A DNA stretch of 64,000 nucleotides from Hydrogenothermaceae bacterium (GCA_027049315.1 JALTUV010000036.1:189463-253462); one strand, 5' to 3'. Shown: positions 10,906-22,075, counted from the stretch's first letter. The notes: generated by a model from the letters alone, not told the origin. A program made the numbers and translations.

Positions 10906-11856
10906 ATGAAAAAAAGAGCCGTTATACTAATGAATATGGGTGGTCCCGACAGTTTAGAAGCTGTTGAGCCTTTCCTGTACAATCTTTTTTCTGACCACGA
11001 CATTATAGAAATTCCTAAGTTGATACAGAAACCTGTTGCAAAGTTCATATCAAAGATAAGAGCAAAGAAAACAAAAGTCTATTATGAGTACATGGGTGGA
11101 AAATCTCCTCAAAAAGAGCAGACAGAAAAACAGGCTCAGCTTCTACAAGAAACCCTTGGTGAAAACTTTATCGTTAAAGTTGCCATGAGATACTGGCATC
11201 CCTTTACGGAAGAGGCTCTGGACAGTCTCAGGGATAAAGATATAGAAAAATTTATTCTCCTTCCCCTGTATCCCCAGTACAGCAGAACTACAACAGGTTC
11301 ATCTTTTAATGAATTTTACAGGAGATTAAAAGAGTTCAGGGAAAAAGGCTTCTTTAAAGAAGCAAAAATTGTTGAAATAAAGAGCTACCACAACCATCCT
11401 CTCTTTATTAAAGCGTGGGTTGAGAGAATCAGAGAATCTGTATCCTCACCTGAGGATTTTTATTTTTTATTTTCAGCCCATAGTCTTCCTGAAAAAGTTA
11501 TAAAAGAGGGTGACCCATACAAAAAACAGGTCGAAGAAAGTGTAAAACTGATAATGGAAAACTTTCCAAACGTTAAACACTCCCTTGCCTATCAGAGTAA
11601 GGTTGGACCTGTTAAGTGGCTTGAGCCTATGACTGATGAAGAGATTAAAAGGCTTGCAAAACAGGGAATAAAAAATCTGGTGGTTATACCTGTAACCTTT
11701 GTCTCTGAGCACTCTGAAACACTCTATGAACTTGATAAACAGTACGGAAAACTTGCTAAGGAATCTGGGATTGAAAACTATGTAAGAGTTCCAACACTGA
11801 GGGAAAGTGGGATTTTTATTGAATGTCTGAAAGATTTAGTTTTGAAGGCGGCGTAA
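10906..11856 (+). CDS. hemH: Ferrochelatase
   Basis: 316 aa; MKKRAVILMNMGGPDSLEAVEPFLYNLFSD... is the typical HemH N-terminus, with full-length similarity. Confidence 0.9.
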   Translation: MKKRAVILMNMGGPDSLEAVEPFLYNLFSDHDIIEIPKLIQKPVAKFISKIRAKKTKVYYEYMGGKSPQKEQTEKQAQLLQETLGENFIVKVAMRYWHPFTEEALDSLRDKDIEKFILLPLYPQYSRTTTGSSFNEFYRRLKEFREKGFFKEAKIVEIKSYHNHPLFIKAWVERIRESVSSPEDFYFLFSAHSLPEKVIKEGDPYKKQVEESVKLIMENFPNVKHSLAYQSKVGPVKWLEPMTDEEIKRLAKQGIKNLVVIPVTFVSEHSETLYELDKQYGKLAKESGIENYVRVPTLRESGIFIECLKDLVLKAA

Positions 11857-11864
11857 AACCGCCT
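11846..11864. terminator. Hairpin AGGCGG-cgtaaaa-CCGCCT between the convergent hemH and pilin genes; possible bidirectional terminator
   Basis: 6-bp GC-rich stem overlapping the hemH stop. The flanking U-tracts are weak. Confidence 0.3.
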
Positions 11865-11871
11865 ATCTGGA

Positions 11872-12303
11872 TTAGAATCCTGTGTATTCTCCTGTACAAG
11901 AGTTATAACTTGCAGACCATCCACCACCAATTTTAGCATGTGTACCTGTTACCTGTACTTGGTCAGAACCGTCTGGACAACCACCTGCATTAATCGTCCA
12001 ATTTATAGTAACATCCCTTGATACATTTATTGCATCTGTCTCTGTGTTAGTTCCATCTGTTAAATCACATTGGTCGGGACCTGGACCACAGGAACCTGTG
12101 TTTGGATATGTTCCATAGTTTGCGGCAAAAGCTTCAATTGCAGATACTGCGTTCCTTATATCACTTCTTACCGCATCTCTGTAAGCAGACTGTTTGTACT
12201 TGGAGAACTGAGGAATAGCTATTGCAGCAAGTATAGCTATAATAGCTATGACGATTAGAAGTTCTATCAGGGTAAAACCACCCTGAGATGTTTTTCTGTC
12301 CAT
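11872..12303 (-). CDS. pilA: Type IV pilin (prepilin with an N-methylation motif)
   Basis: MDRKTSQGGFTLIELLIVIAIIAILAAIAIPQF is a class III signal peptide with G|FTLIE. 143 aa, Cys-containing C-terminal region. Confidence 0.85.
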   Translation of the reverse strand: MDRKTSQGGFTLIELLIVIAIIAILAAIAIPQFSKYKQSAYRDAVRSDIRNAVSAIEAFAANYGTYPNTGSCGPGPDQCDLTDGTNTETDAINVSRDVTINWTINAGGCPDGSDQVQVTGTHAKIGGGWSASYNSCTGEYTGF

Positions 12304-12342
12304 TTTTATGACCTCCGTTTTTATTTTTCGTTTTAATTATTA

Positions 12343-12357
12343 GCAATAATCGTGCCA
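12343..12357 (-). promoter_or_regulatory. Sigma-54 (-24/-12) promoter of the pilin gene: TGGCAC-N5-TTGCT
   Basis: The minus strand reads TGGCACGATTATTGCT, a perfect match to the RpoN consensus. An RBS GGAGGT lies 7 nt before the pilin ATG. Confidence 0.75.
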
Positions 12358-12408
12358 TATATAAGTTCTTGATTTTTAATAACTTTTCGAAAGAAGAGTG
12401 TAAAAACT

Positions 12409-12447
12409 TGACAAATTTTGTCAGATTAGCTGACAATTTTTGTCAGC
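12409..12447. promoter_or_regulatory. Two tandem palindromes about 22 bp apart (TGACAAATTTTGTCA and GCTGACAATTTTTGTCAGC); candidate bEBP/UAS sites for the adjacent NtrC/PilR-like regulator
   Basis: Perfect inverted repeats centred at about 12416 and about 12438, roughly 60-90 bp upstream of the sigma-54 promoter. The second overlaps the regulator's stop codon. Confidence 0.6.
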
Positions 12448-13795
12448 TCTTTGGTGTAAGGTACTTTTCAAGTCTATATCGGAATTCTCTTAAATTAAGA
12501 CCGAGCAATTCTGCAGCTTTTGTTTTGTTACCGTTGGTTAACTCTAATGCCTTGAGAATATAAGCTTTTTCTATTTCTTCTAAAATCTTTTTGATATCAA
12601 CCCCCTCAGGAGGAATTTCTACAGATAGGCTTACCCCTTTTGAGTATGGGCAGTGATGACATTTTAGAACTCCATCTTCTGAAAGAATAACCTCTTTTTC
12701 CACAATGTTCCTAAGTTCTCTTATGTTTCCTTTAAACTCATAACTTGAAAGAAATGCCATAAATGATTTGTCTATTTTCTCTATCTTTTTGTTGTATTTT
12801 TTTGAAAATTCTTTTATAAATATCTCAGCTATCTCAGGTATATCTTCTCTCCTCTCCCTTAAAGGAGGAACTCTTATAACTATTCCTGCAATTCTGTAGT
12901 AAAGGTCTTCTCTAAATCTACCTTTTTCTATTTCTTTTTCTAAATCTTTATTTGTAGCAGATATTATTCGCACATCAACAGAAAGCTCCTCTATACTTCC
13001 AACAGGTCTGAATTTTCTCTCTTCGAGAAAATGTAGAAGTTTAGCCTGGACAGAAAGAGGCATCTCACCAATCTCATCCAGGAAAACCGTTCCACCGTCA
13101 GCTATTTCTAAAAGTCCCTTCTTATCAGAAACAGCACCTGTAAATGCTCCCTTTACGTGTCCAAAAAGCTCAGACTCTAAAAGTTCCTCAGGAATACTTG
13201 CACAGTTTATTGATAGAAACGGTTTTTCCTTTCTTGGACTTAATCTGTGAATCAGTTTTGCGATTACCGTTTTGCCTGTTCCACTTTCACCGGTTATTAA
13301 AACATTTATGTCGTACGGTGCTATTTTTTTTATTGTTTCTTTAAGATTTTTGATTACTTTTGACTTTCCAATTAGTTCAATATCTTCGTCAATCTCTTTT
13401 TCTTTAAGCTTTTTTTCTAACTCAATTTTGTTCTTTACATTCCTAATCAGGAGTTTTAGTTCAGGAATTGAAAACGGTTTTTGAATATAATCATATGCCC
13501 CTAATTTCATAGCTTTAACAGCGGTATCAGGAGTAGCGAATGCTGTTATTATGATTACCTCTGTATTTGGATTTTTTTCTTTTATCTCCTTTAGAATATC
13601 TATTCCGTTCCCATCCGGAAGCCTTAAATCAACAAGTGCCAGGTCAAAACTCTGTTCTTCAGATAATCTTTCAAACTCGTAGAAAGAGTTTGCAGTCTTT
13701 ACATTAAATCCAAACTCTGAAAGAACAATGGACAGTATTTCTGATATGTTTTTCTCATCGTCAACAACTAATGCTTTCATTTCACCCATTATCAT
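12443..13795 (-). CDS. Sigma-54-dependent response regulator (NtrC/PilR family)
   Basis: Receiver domain (VVDDE...DLRLPDGNG); AAA+ sigma-54 activator domain (GESGTGKT, GAFTGA, ESELFGH); C-terminal Fis-type HTH. The likely start is the internal MKALVVDD. Confidence 0.9.
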   Translation of the reverse strand: MIMGEMKALVVDDEKNISEILSIVLSEFGFNVKTANSFYEFERLSEEQSFDLALVDLRLPDGNGIDILKEIKEKNPNTEVIIITAFATPDTAVKAMKLGAYDYIQKPFSIPELKLLIRNVKNKIELEKKLKEKEIDEDIELIGKSKVIKNLKETIKKIAPYDINVLITGESGTGKTVIAKLIHRLSPRKEKPFLSINCASIPEELLESELFGHVKGAFTGAVSDKKGLLEIADGGTVFLDEIGEMPLSVQAKLLHFLEERKFRPVGSIEELSVDVRIISATNKDLEKEIEKGRFREDLYYRIAGIVIRVPPLRERREDIPEIAEIFIKEFSKKYNKKIEKIDKSFMAFLSSYEFKGNIRELRNIVEKEVILSEDGVLKCHHCPYSKGVSLSVEIPPEGVDIKKILEEIEKAYILKALELTNGNKTKAAELLGLNLREFRYRLEKYLTPKS

Positions 13796-14933
13796 ACCCT
13801 ATTGGTAACCATACTATAAATTTTGCTCCATTTAGAGGACTCCTATCCACTTTTATACCTCCACCAAGTTCAATAATATATTTCTTGGCTATAGCAAGTC
13901 CAAGTCCAGTTCCCTCTTTTCTTTTCGTAAAAAAAGGCTCAAAGATTCTATCTATATCCTCTTTTTCTATTCCTTTTCCATCGTCTTCAATTTCAATAAA
14001 CATCTTACTGTCTTTTGTATATGCATTTATAACAACCTTTGACTTAGACCACTGAAAAGCATTCTGAATAATATTTCTCAAGGCAATCTCAAGAGCATCA
14101 GGAACAGTATATATATACAGGTTCTCACTTATATTCACAAACACCTCTTTATTTCCTATGTTTATTTTTCTCAAAATGTCATGTATAAAGTTCCTTATAT
14201 TTATATCTACGTAGTTCTTCTCTACAGGTTTAGAGAATGTTAAAAAAGTATTTAAAATTTCTTCTATTCTCCTCCCTTCAGATTTTATAATGCTGACCAT
14301 TTTATCCCTATAGTCAGGATTTTCAATTAAATCAACTGCAGCTAAAAGAGATGTAAGAGGGTTTCTTAGTTCATGAGCAAAATCTGCGCTAATCCTGTAC
14401 AGTCTTTTAAAAACTTCACTTTTTTTATTTTCTTCCTCAAGCATGGCTATATATTTTTTTTGTTCTAACATCCTACTGTACATACCAAGGGCAGCATAGT
14501 TTATTACAAAAAGGGAAAAGGAAATAAGAACTGTATTTATCATATTTTCAAAAGAAAAATCACCGTAGATAAATACAGTTAAAACGTACGTCAGTACTGC
14601 AAAAAAAGGTTGCAGATACGAATCCTTCCTTCCTGTAAGGAAAGCATAGAAAAAAATAGGGAAAAGGTATAGAATCGCAAGGTAGTTAAAAAGGTCAAAT
14701 CTCAAGAAGATAAGGGAGGATATAAAAACAACATCAAGAAAAAAGTCAAAAAAACCTATTTTTTTTAGGTTAAATAGGGAAATAAAGGCAGTTATGTTGT
14801 ATATAATGAGGATTACTGTTTCTGTTCTGTAAAGTTCATAGTTCTTTACAAAAAAAACAAAAAAACTTAAAAAGAGGAATGCAAAAATTAACCTACTTAT
14901 TTTATAAGTCAGGTAAACATTATCGATATTCAC
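13782..14933 (-). CDS. Sensor histidine kinase (PilS-like), multi-TM N-terminus
   Basis: H-box FAHELRNPL; N, G1 and G2 boxes (QNAFQWS, EDDGKGI, GTGLGLAIAK); about 5 N-terminal TM helices. Overlaps the regulator gene. Confidence 0.85.
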   Translation of the reverse strand: MNIDNVYLTYKISRLIFAFLFLSFFVFFVKNYELYRTETVILIIYNITAFISLFNLKKIGFFDFFLDVVFISSLIFLRFDLFNYLAILYLFPIFFYAFLTGRKDSYLQPFFAVLTYVLTVFIYGDFSFENMINTVLISFSLFVINYAALGMYSRMLEQKKYIAMLEEENKKSEVFKRLYRISADFAHELRNPLTSLLAAVDLIENPDYRDKMVSIIKSEGRRIEEILNTFLTFSKPVEKNYVDINIRNFIHDILRKINIGNKEVFVNISENLYIYTVPDALEIALRNIIQNAFQWSKSKVVINAYTKDSKMFIEIEDDGKGIEKEDIDRIFEPFFTKRKEGTGLGLAIAKKYIIELGGGIKVDRSPLNGAKFIVWLPIGYDNG

Positions 14934-15193
14934 TCATTTATTGGTTGTTCTTCTTCCTTTTGTTCTTCAGAGTTTGTTTCTTCTTCTACTGTTTTTTTCA
15001 TTATAATAGCTCTTCCCTTTGCTATCTCATCAATTGCTATTACTGTTTTTTTTAGAGGAATTCCTTCCTCATTTACATAACTCTCTATTCCTGTCTCGTA
15101 GAGTTCCTTTGCAAGCTTTGAAGCTGCATGTACAAGCTCATATCTGTTATTTACCTTTTTCATAGCCTCTTCTATTAACGGTCTTCTTCCCAA
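14930..15193 (-). CDS. rpoZ: DNA-directed RNA polymerase subunit omega
   Basis: 87 aa; the NRYELVHAASKLAKEL...AIDEIAKG pattern fits RpoZ. Sits upstream of gmk as in many bacteria. Confidence 0.7.
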   Translation of the reverse strand: MGRRPLIEEAMKKVNNRYELVHAASKLAKELYETGIESYVNEEGIPLKKTVIAIDEIAKGRAIIMKKTVEEETNSEEQKEEEQPINE

Positions 15194-15214
15194 TTTTTAA
15201 CCTCCAAAGAAATT

Positions 15215-15571
15215 TTATGAGTAGAGTATTTTATACCTCTTTTTAACATAATTCAAAATATATATACAGGCTAAACCTAATAAAAGTCCGACCAAGTCAG
15301 CAAAAATATCATAGATGTCAGGAATTCTGTTAGGAGAAAATCTCTGAAGAATCTCTATAGCAATACCGAATGAAAACCCTGATAGGAAGGAAAATAGCTT
15401 TGAAGCAGAAGGAAATGAAAAGTAAAATAGAATTATATAAAGAAAGAAAGCAGCAACATGTTCAATCTTATCATTTATATCTCCTATAATTTCTTCAGGG
15501 GAAGGATAAAGGGATAAAATTGTAACAATCACCACATATAGAAAAAATAAAACTCTAACAAAGGTAATCAT
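15215..15571 (-). CDS. VanZ-like membrane protein
   Basis: 118 aa, 3-4 TM; IEILQRFSPNRIPDIYDIFADLVGLLLG matches the VanZ-family conserved segment. Confidence 0.55.
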   Translation of the reverse strand: MITFVRVLFFLYVVIVTILSLYPSPEEIIGDINDKIEHVAAFFLYIILFYFSFPSASKLFSFLSGFSFGIAIEILQRFSPNRIPDIYDIFADLVGLLLGLACIYILNYVKKRYKILYS

Positions 15572-15576
15572 AGAAT

Positions 15577-16209
15577 TTAAGCCATAAGTTTTCTTAATTC
15601 TTCGTCCCTAATACTGTCTAAATCAAACCTTTTTGTTTTTTTTCTGTGACATAGGATTATCTGTTTTAGAGACTCTTTAGATTTTTCAAGTATATCATTT
15701 ACTACTATAAAGTCATACTCCTTCCATGCAGGGATTTCACTCTTTGCAGTTTTAAGTCTTTTTCTTATCTCTTCTTCAGAATCTCCTCTTTCTTTCATCC
15801 TCTTTATAATTTCTTCAATACTTGGAGGAAGGATAAATATCGTAACAACATCTTTGAAATTCTTCTTCACCTGTCTCATTCCTTGAACATCAATGACAAG
15901 AATTAAATCTATTCCCCTTTTCAGCAGCTCAAAAACTTCCTTCTTTGGAGTGCCATAGTAGTTACCATGAACAACCGCATATTCTAAAAAAGCTCCTTCT
16001 TTTATCTTTCTTTCAAATTCCTCTTTTGTCAAAAAGTAGTAGTCTTTTCCGTCTTTCTCCCCAGGTCTTGGTTTTCTTGTGGTACAGGTTATAACTCTTT
16101 TCAAATTAGGAATCTCAGAAATCAAAAGATTTGAAAGTGTAGTCTTACCCCCTCCGGCAGGAGAGGACAGAATAAACAAGTCTCCTTTTAAAGTTTTATC
16201 TTCCAACAC
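15577..16209 (-). CDS. gmk: Guanylate kinase
   Basis: P-loop [11 protein letters not shown]; [17 protein letters not shown]; 210 aa. Confidence 0.9.
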   Translation of the reverse strand: MLEDKTLKGDLFILSSPAGGGKTTLSNLLISEIPNLKRVITCTTRKPRPGEKDGKDYYFLTKEEFERKIKEGAFLEYAVVHGNYYGTPKKEVFELLKRGIDLILVIDVQGMRQVKKNFKDVVTIFILPPSIEEIIKRMKERGDSEEEIRKRLKTAKSEIPAWKEYDFIVVNDILEKSKESLKQIILCHRKKTKRFDLDSIRDEELRKLMA

Positions 16210-17758
16210 CAGCCATCAGTAAGGAACTTATTGTTGTTGTTAAAGTCCATATTTGCGTTGGATAAATACCCAGAATTAGAACAATAACTGCGAGTACTCC
16301 TAATGACAGTTTTTCTACGAGGGAAACATTAATCTTTCCTTTAAAAGAAGGTTCATACATGTACATATTAGCAACAACCCTGAGATAGTAACCTGCAGAT
16401 ATTATACTCGTTACTACCAGGATAACAGCAAGCCACCAAACGTTATATCCAATAAGTGCAAGAAAAACGCCTAATTTACCGAAGAATCCCACTGTTGGAG
16501 GGATTCCAAGGAGAGAGAACATGAATATAAGCATGAGTAGCGCTGAAACAGGGTCTTTCTTTGCAAGTCCCTTGAAATCTTCTAACGTATTATTCCATCC
16601 TTCATTTTTCTCAAGCGATGCAAGGAGTAAAAATGCTCCTGCTCCCATGAATAAATAAACAATTGAGTAAAACGCTAAAGCTGCAAATCCCATTCCCGTT
16701 GGCGCTGCAAGTGCGGCCGTTATATAACCTGTATGTGCTATAGATGAATATGCAAGCATTCTTTTAACACTCTTCTGTCTAAGAGCGACAAGATTACCGA
16801 ATATCATCGATGCAGCTGCAAAAAGAGCCCATGCAAACCCCCAGCTTTCCGTAAGGGAAGGAAATGCCTCCACAACAACCCTGAGGATAATGGCATAGGT
16901 TGCAATTTTTGAGGGAACAGCTAAGAAAGCAGTTACAGGTGTTGGAGCACCTTCGTAAGCATCAGGTGCCCATTGATGAAATGGAACGGCTGAAGCCTTT
17001 AAGGCAAGCCCTACAAGCAGCAAAATAAGACCACCTATGAGACCAACATCAACAGTATTTGATGCTATAAGAGTCTGGGCTATTTCTCTGAAGTCAAATG
17101 TTCCTGTTCTCCCGTATAAAAGAGCTATAGCATAACTGACTATTGCTGTTCCTGTTCCACCTATAATAAGGTACTTATAGGCACCTTCTTTTGAACGGTA
17201 ATCCTTCCTGTAAAGCCCAATGAGAACATAAAGAGAGATAGACATAAGTTCAAGACCTACGTAGAAGGATATGAGGTTTGGTGATGAAACCATAATGAAC
17301 ATTCCAAAAAGTGAGAAAAGAATCAGGTAGTAGTACTCACCGTAATAGCTTCCCTTAGCCTCTGCATAGGGTCTTATATGTATAAGGACAAATATCGTTC
17401 CTATTATTAAAAAGAGTTTAAAAACAAGGGAAAAAAGGTCAACCACGTACAGACCGTAAAGTGTAACAAAGTTCTCCAGATAATTGTTGAGTATATAAGA
17501 GTAAAACGGGTTTGCCGATGCTTCTCTTAGTGTTATAGGTGAAAGGATAAGTTTAAGTATTCCTAAAATAATAACGAGTATATAAATACCGCTTATTAAC
17601 AGACCTGTGATTGAAAAAGCTGATATAACTCTTCTGTTTTTGGAGAACATTTCCAATATAAAAACAGCAAATGCCGTTAAGAGCAGTATAATCTCGGGTA
17701 TCAAAACATTGAAATTAGGCAATCCAAGACCGGATACCAGCTGTTCTATAACAGACAT
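16196..17758 (-). CDS. nuoN: NADH-quinone oxidoreductase subunit N
   Basis: 520 aa polytopic antiporter-like subunit; last gene of the nuo cluster. Confidence 0.9.
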   Translation of the reverse strand: MSVIEQLVSGLGLPNFNVLIPEIILLLTAFAVFILEMFSKNRRVISAFSITGLLISGIYILVIILGILKLILSPITLREASANPFYSYILNNYLENFVTLYGLYVVDLFSLVFKLFLIIGTIFVLIHIRPYAEAKGSYYGEYYYLILFSLFGMFIMVSSPNLISFYVGLELMSISLYVLIGLYRKDYRSKEGAYKYLIIGGTGTAIVSYAIALLYGRTGTFDFREIAQTLIASNTVDVGLIGGLILLLVGLALKASAVPFHQWAPDAYEGAPTPVTAFLAVPSKIATYAIILRVVVEAFPSLTESWGFAWALFAAASMIFGNLVALRQKSVKRMLAYSSIAHTGYITAALAAPTGMGFAALAFYSIVYLFMGAGAFLLLASLEKNEGWNNTLEDFKGLAKKDPVSALLMLIFMFSLLGIPPTVGFFGKLGVFLALIGYNVWWLAVILVVTSIISAGYYLRVVANMYMYEPSFKGKINVSLVEKLSLGVLAVIVLILGIYPTQIWTLTTTISSLLMAGVGR

Positions 17759-17762
17759 TCCC

Positions 17763-19277
17763 TTAGCCTCCTAATAACCTTATCTTGAATAAGATAGCTT
17801 CTGTTGTTTTCTGAATCAGATTTATCCACCACGCAGGATAAATTCCTATAACGAACATAAATATCACAAGTGGTAAGAATGAGAGAAACTCTGAAGTTGA
17901 CATGTCCTTAAGCTGTTTCCACTTATGGAGTTTTTCCTCATCTATGAGCTCTTCTTCAAACATGGTTTTTCTGTAAAGCCAGAGTGTATAAGCGGCACCG
18001 ACGACAAGGCTAAGCCCGGCAAGTGTTGCTGTGAGAATACTTACCTTAAACGTTCCAAGAAGTGATAAGAACTCACCTACAAACCCAGAAAGTCCTGGTA
18101 AACCTACAGATGCCATTGCAGAAATCATAAATAGTGTTGCAAAAACAGGGACAAACTTTGCCATTCCCCCTAACTTTCTCATCTCATATGTGTGCGTTCT
18201 TTCATATATAAATCCTGCAGCAAGGAATAATGCAGCAGATGTAAGTCCGTGGGATATCATTGTTATAATTGCACCGTTAACACCGAAATCGTTAAGGGCA
18301 AATGTTCCAATTGTTACAAATCCCATATGTGAAACAGATGAGTAAGCTATAAGCCTCTTGATGTGTGTCTGAGCTATTGCCATCATGGCAGTGTATATAA
18401 TTGCAATAACACCAAGAACAAACATAACAGGAACAAAGTACTTGGATGCCTCAGGAAACCATGGAAGAGAGAATCTGACAAAGCCGTATGTTCCCATTTT
18501 AAGAAGAACAGCAGCAAGTATAACCGAACCTGCCGTTGGTGCCTGAACGTGAGCATCAGGAAGCCACGTATGGAATGGCCACATAGGAACTTTAATCGCA
18601 AATCCAAGAGCTAATAAAAGGAAGAAAATTGCCTCAATAGTAAATGGTAGTTGAGTGTTTACAAGACTAAAGTAACTGGTTGAAAGCTCTCCATTTTGGA
18701 AGTAGTTCGCAACATAGAGACCTATAACACCGATTAGCAAGAATAGTGAACCGAAGAATGTATATATAAAGAACTTCGTTGCTGCGTATATCCTTTCGGC
18801 ATATCCCCATACACCAATGATAAGGAACATAGGTATGAGGATAGCTTCCCAGAATATATAGAAAAATACTAAATCCCAAGCAACAAAAACCCCTAAAGAT
18901 CCTGCCTCAAGGACTAAAAAAGCAACAAAGTACTCCTTCACCCTCTTCTCTATATTAGTACTCCATATAAATGCAACCAGGAAAGAGAGAGCTGTAAGCC
19001 AGTAAAGTGTCAGACTTAGAGCATCAACACCAACCTCATATGAAACACCTAACCATGGAATCCATTCGTACTTTTCGTAGAACTGAATCTTATATGAGGA
19101 TGAATCATAGGCAAGAAGCATATATGATGAAATAACAAAAACAATACCAGAAACAAGAATACTGACGGGCTTTGCAAATCTCTCATTTAAAAACATGAGA
19201 ATAGCAGCTGCTATAAGCGGTAGCAGTATCGTTATAGATATCCACGGAATATCAGCTCTCACAAATTCTACAGACAT
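17763..19277 (-). CDS. nuoM: NADH-quinone oxidoreductase subunit M
   Basis: 504 aa antiporter-like subunit ([14 protein letters not shown] motif). Confidence 0.9.
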   Translation of the reverse strand: MSVEFVRADIPWISITILLPLIAAAILMFLNERFAKPVSILVSGIVFVISSYMLLAYDSSSYKIQFYEKYEWIPWLGVSYEVGVDALSLTLYWLTALSFLVAFIWSTNIEKRVKEYFVAFLVLEAGSLGVFVAWDLVFFYIFWEAILIPMFLIIGVWGYAERIYAATKFFIYTFFGSLFLLIGVIGLYVANYFQNGELSTSYFSLVNTQLPFTIEAIFFLLLALGFAIKVPMWPFHTWLPDAHVQAPTAGSVILAAVLLKMGTYGFVRFSLPWFPEASKYFVPVMFVLGVIAIIYTAMMAIAQTHIKRLIAYSSVSHMGFVTIGTFALNDFGVNGAIITMISHGLTSAALFLAAGFIYERTHTYEMRKLGGMAKFVPVFATLFMISAMASVGLPGLSGFVGEFLSLLGTFKVSILTATLAGLSLVVGAAYTLWLYRKTMFEEELIDEEKLHKWKQLKDMSTSEFLSFLPLVIFMFVIGIYPAWWINLIQKTTEAILFKIRLLGG

Positions 19278-19292
19278 TCTCTACCCCCTACT

Positions 19293-21236
19293 TCAACTTA
19301 AGAATAAAAAGAGTGATAAAAACACCAGAATACCGACAGCCATCTGTGCAAGGTAGGCACTTATCCTTCCTGTTTGAGCAAGTCTCATAAAGTCTCCAAA
19401 GCTCATAGAAACCTTTCCTGAACCGTTAACAACCCCATCTATAACAAACTTATCTCCAGCTTTCCACATAAACCTTGATAACTTGTAGTAACCATAGGCA
19501 AATATTGCATAGTATATATGGTCAAAGTACCATCTGTTGTAGAAGAGTAAGTATATAGGCTTAAACGTATTTCCAACCCATACAGGGTCGATAACTCTCC
19601 TCTGATACATCAGATAAGCCACAAATATACCACCTAAAGCCATAAATAGGGCTAAAAGACCAAGGGGTGAGGTAAGGGAATGTATAACAAAATGTAAAAC
19701 ATCAGGTATATGGACGTGATGAGACCTTTCAAGTCCATTCTCTACAATAATCCTTGTCTCTTCAGATAGAAACTTCATCTGAGATGGATCCAAAGAAGGT
19801 CTTAAGAAGTTCATAAAGAAATCTCTGAAGAAACCTAATATAAGAGCACCAGCAGCAAGAACGATAAGCGGGATTGTCATGTTAGGTGGTGATTCATGAA
19901 CATGAGCCTTAAGATGAGGGTCTAATCTATCCCCATTCTCAAATGCCAGGAAGTACAATCTGAAGATATAGAAGGCAGTTAGTCCTGCTCCACTCCAGAG
20001 GAAAACCCATATGACCCAGTTAATCTCATAAGCTGCTTCTATAATAGGGTCCTTACTGAAAAATCCTGAGAATGGTGGAATTCCTGCAAGTGCAAGAGCA
20101 CCTATAAGGAATGTAATTGCCGTAATAGGCATATATTTTCTTAGTTGACCCATCTTCTGAACGTCTAATAAGTGATGAAGAGCAACCAGCACGCTACCTG
20201 CTGCAAGGAACAGTAATGCTTTAAATACTGCGTGAGATGCAAGGTGGAACATTCCATCCTTAAATAGACCAAGTCCCTCAGCTGCAAACATATAACCTAA
20301 CTGAGAAAGTGTTGAGTATGCAATAATTCTCTTTATATCGTTTTGAACAAGCCCCATTGTTGCTGCAATAAACGCAGACATCGTTCCTACATACAGGACT
20401 GTATCAAGTGCAATTTCAGAAGATGCAAAAACAGGCATTATTCTTGCCACCATATAAACACCGGCAGCAACCATCGTTGCAGCGTGGATAAGTGCAGAAA
20501 CAGGAGTAGGACCTTCCATTGCATTTGGAAGCCATATATGTAACGGTATCTGAGCAGATTTTCCTACCGCACCACCAAATAGCAGAAGTGCTATAGCAGT
20601 CATTGTCCAGAATCCGGCTTCTGGAATTTTGTTAAAGATATCTAAATAGTCAAGTGTACCAAACGTCACAAATGTTAGAAGTACACCCAGAAGGAATAAC
20701 CAGTCTCCTACTCTGTTTACAACAAAGGCTTCCAGAGCTGCAACAGATGCAGACTTTTTATAGTGCCAGAAACCAATTAAGAGATAGGAAGCAAGACCAA
20801 CTCCTTCCCATCCGAAGAACAGCTGTACTAAATTGTCTGCAAGTGTCAGCATAAGCATCATAAACACAAAGAGAGATAGATAGGCAAAGAACCTTGGATA
20901 AGATGGGTCACCTTTCATATAACCTGTTGCAAAGATGAATATAAATGTAGATACAACCGTAACGACACAGGTCATCAATGCAGAGAGAGGATCCCATAGA
21001 ATACTAACAGATATCTCATAATTTCCAAGGGGCATCCATGTGAAAAGCTTTAAATCGTAATAACCCCCTGTCTTAGAAACTTCGTAAAACCCGTAAACGG
21101 AGAAAACAGCTGATATGGCAACTCCGATAACTGCTATTACACCTGAAAGAGGCTCCCTTAAAAGCTTATAACCAAATAAACCTATTATAATAAATGCAAT
21201 TAGTGGTGAAAACGGTATAACCCAGAGATATTCCAT
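19293..21236 (-). CDS. nuoL: NADH-quinone oxidoreductase subunit L
   Basis: 647 aa with a long C-terminal extension, as in NuoL. Confidence 0.9.
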   Translation of the reverse strand: MEYLWVIPFSPLIAFIIIGLFGYKLLREPLSGVIAVIGVAISAVFSVYGFYEVSKTGGYYDLKLFTWMPLGNYEISVSILWDPLSALMTCVVTVVSTFIFIFATGYMKGDPSYPRFFAYLSLFVFMMLMLTLADNLVQLFFGWEGVGLASYLLIGFWHYKKSASVAALEAFVVNRVGDWLFLLGVLLTFVTFGTLDYLDIFNKIPEAGFWTMTAIALLLFGGAVGKSAQIPLHIWLPNAMEGPTPVSALIHAATMVAAGVYMVARIMPVFASSEIALDTVLYVGTMSAFIAATMGLVQNDIKRIIAYSTLSQLGYMFAAEGLGLFKDGMFHLASHAVFKALLFLAAGSVLVALHHLLDVQKMGQLRKYMPITAITFLIGALALAGIPPFSGFFSKDPIIEAAYEINWVIWVFLWSGAGLTAFYIFRLYFLAFENGDRLDPHLKAHVHESPPNMTIPLIVLAAGALILGFFRDFFMNFLRPSLDPSQMKFLSEETRIIVENGLERSHHVHIPDVLHFVIHSLTSPLGLLALFMALGGIFVAYLMYQRRVIDPVWVGNTFKPIYLLFYNRWYFDHIYYAIFAYGYYKLSRFMWKAGDKFVIDGVVNGSGKVSMSFGDFMRLAQTGRISAYLAQMAVGILVFLSLFLFLS

Positions 21237-21248
21237 CTCTCTCCTCTT

Positions 21249-21554
21249 TTACAGTTTTAGTTCAGAAAGTTTTTCTACATCTACGTCTTTTCTCAGTCTG
21301 TATATAGCCATAACAAGACCAAGACCAACTGCAGCCTCAGCAGCTGCAATTGTAAGGATGAAGAAAACGAACACCTGCCCTGCAACATCGTTTAGTTTCA
21401 TATCGTAGGCAACAAAGGCTATATTCACAGCATTCAACATGAGCTCAGTGGATATCAAAACAGCTATTATATTTTTTCTGACAGTTACACCAATAAGACC
21501 TAATACCATTAATAATCCGCTTAACGCTATATAGTACTCATAGGGAATGCTCAT
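21249..21554 (-). CDS. nuoK: NADH-quinone oxidoreductase subunit K
   Basis: 101 aa, 3 TM. Confidence 0.9.
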   Translation of the reverse strand: MSIPYEYYIALSGLLMVLGLIGVTVRKNIIAVLISTELMLNAVNIAFVAYDMKLNDVAGQVFVFFILTIAAAEAAVGLGLVMAIYRLRKDVDVEKLSELKL

Positions 21555-22075
21555 TTTCCTTCCTCCATAACCTGTTCTTTCCTTCCAAGGAGTATAGCAC
21601 CAACCATGGCAACAAGAAGAATTAGAGATGCTACCTCAAACGGGAATAAGTACTTTGTAAAGAGCATAGATGAAACTGCTTTTATATTTCCAACTTCTCC
21701 TATAACCTCAGGTGAAAATATTCCTGTGGCAGAAGACCAAGCTCCATAAATTGACACATACGCAAGCTCCATAAAGATAACAAAACCGACTGGAATTGAT
21801 ATCAGCATATACTTAGGGTCAACAGCTTGTCCTTTGTACTGGGGAACTGTTGATATAACCAAAACATAAAAAACAACAATTGCCACGGCATATATTAGGA
21901 TTTGTAATGCACCAATTAATTCAGCACCTAAGTTAAAAAATAGACCGGATACTGCTATTAGAGTTGATATTAAAGATAAAACACTGTAAACAATATTTTT
22001 TGAAAAAACAACACCAAATGCAGATAGAACTGCAAGGGCTGAGAAACTCCAGAATGCTATCGCGTGTAAGTCCAT
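21551..22075 (-). CDS. nuoJ: NADH-quinone oxidoreductase subunit J
   Basis: 174 aa membrane subunit; overlaps nuoK and nuoI. Confidence 0.85.
   Translation of the reverse strand: MDLHAIAFWSFSALAVLSAFGVVFSKNIVYSVLSLISTLIAVSGLFFNLGAELIGALQILIYAVAIVVFYVLVISTVPQYKGQAVDPKYMLISIPVGFVIFMELAYVSIYGAWSSATGIFSPEVIGEVGNIKAVSSMLFTKYLFPFEVASLILLVAMVGAILLGRKEQVMEEGK

Noticed and set aside
12161-12436. 91-aa ORF overlapping the pilin 5' end and promoter
   Set aside because: It overlaps a well-supported pilin CDS and the sigma-54 promoter. No RBS, and its composition is Lys/Asn-rich and biased.
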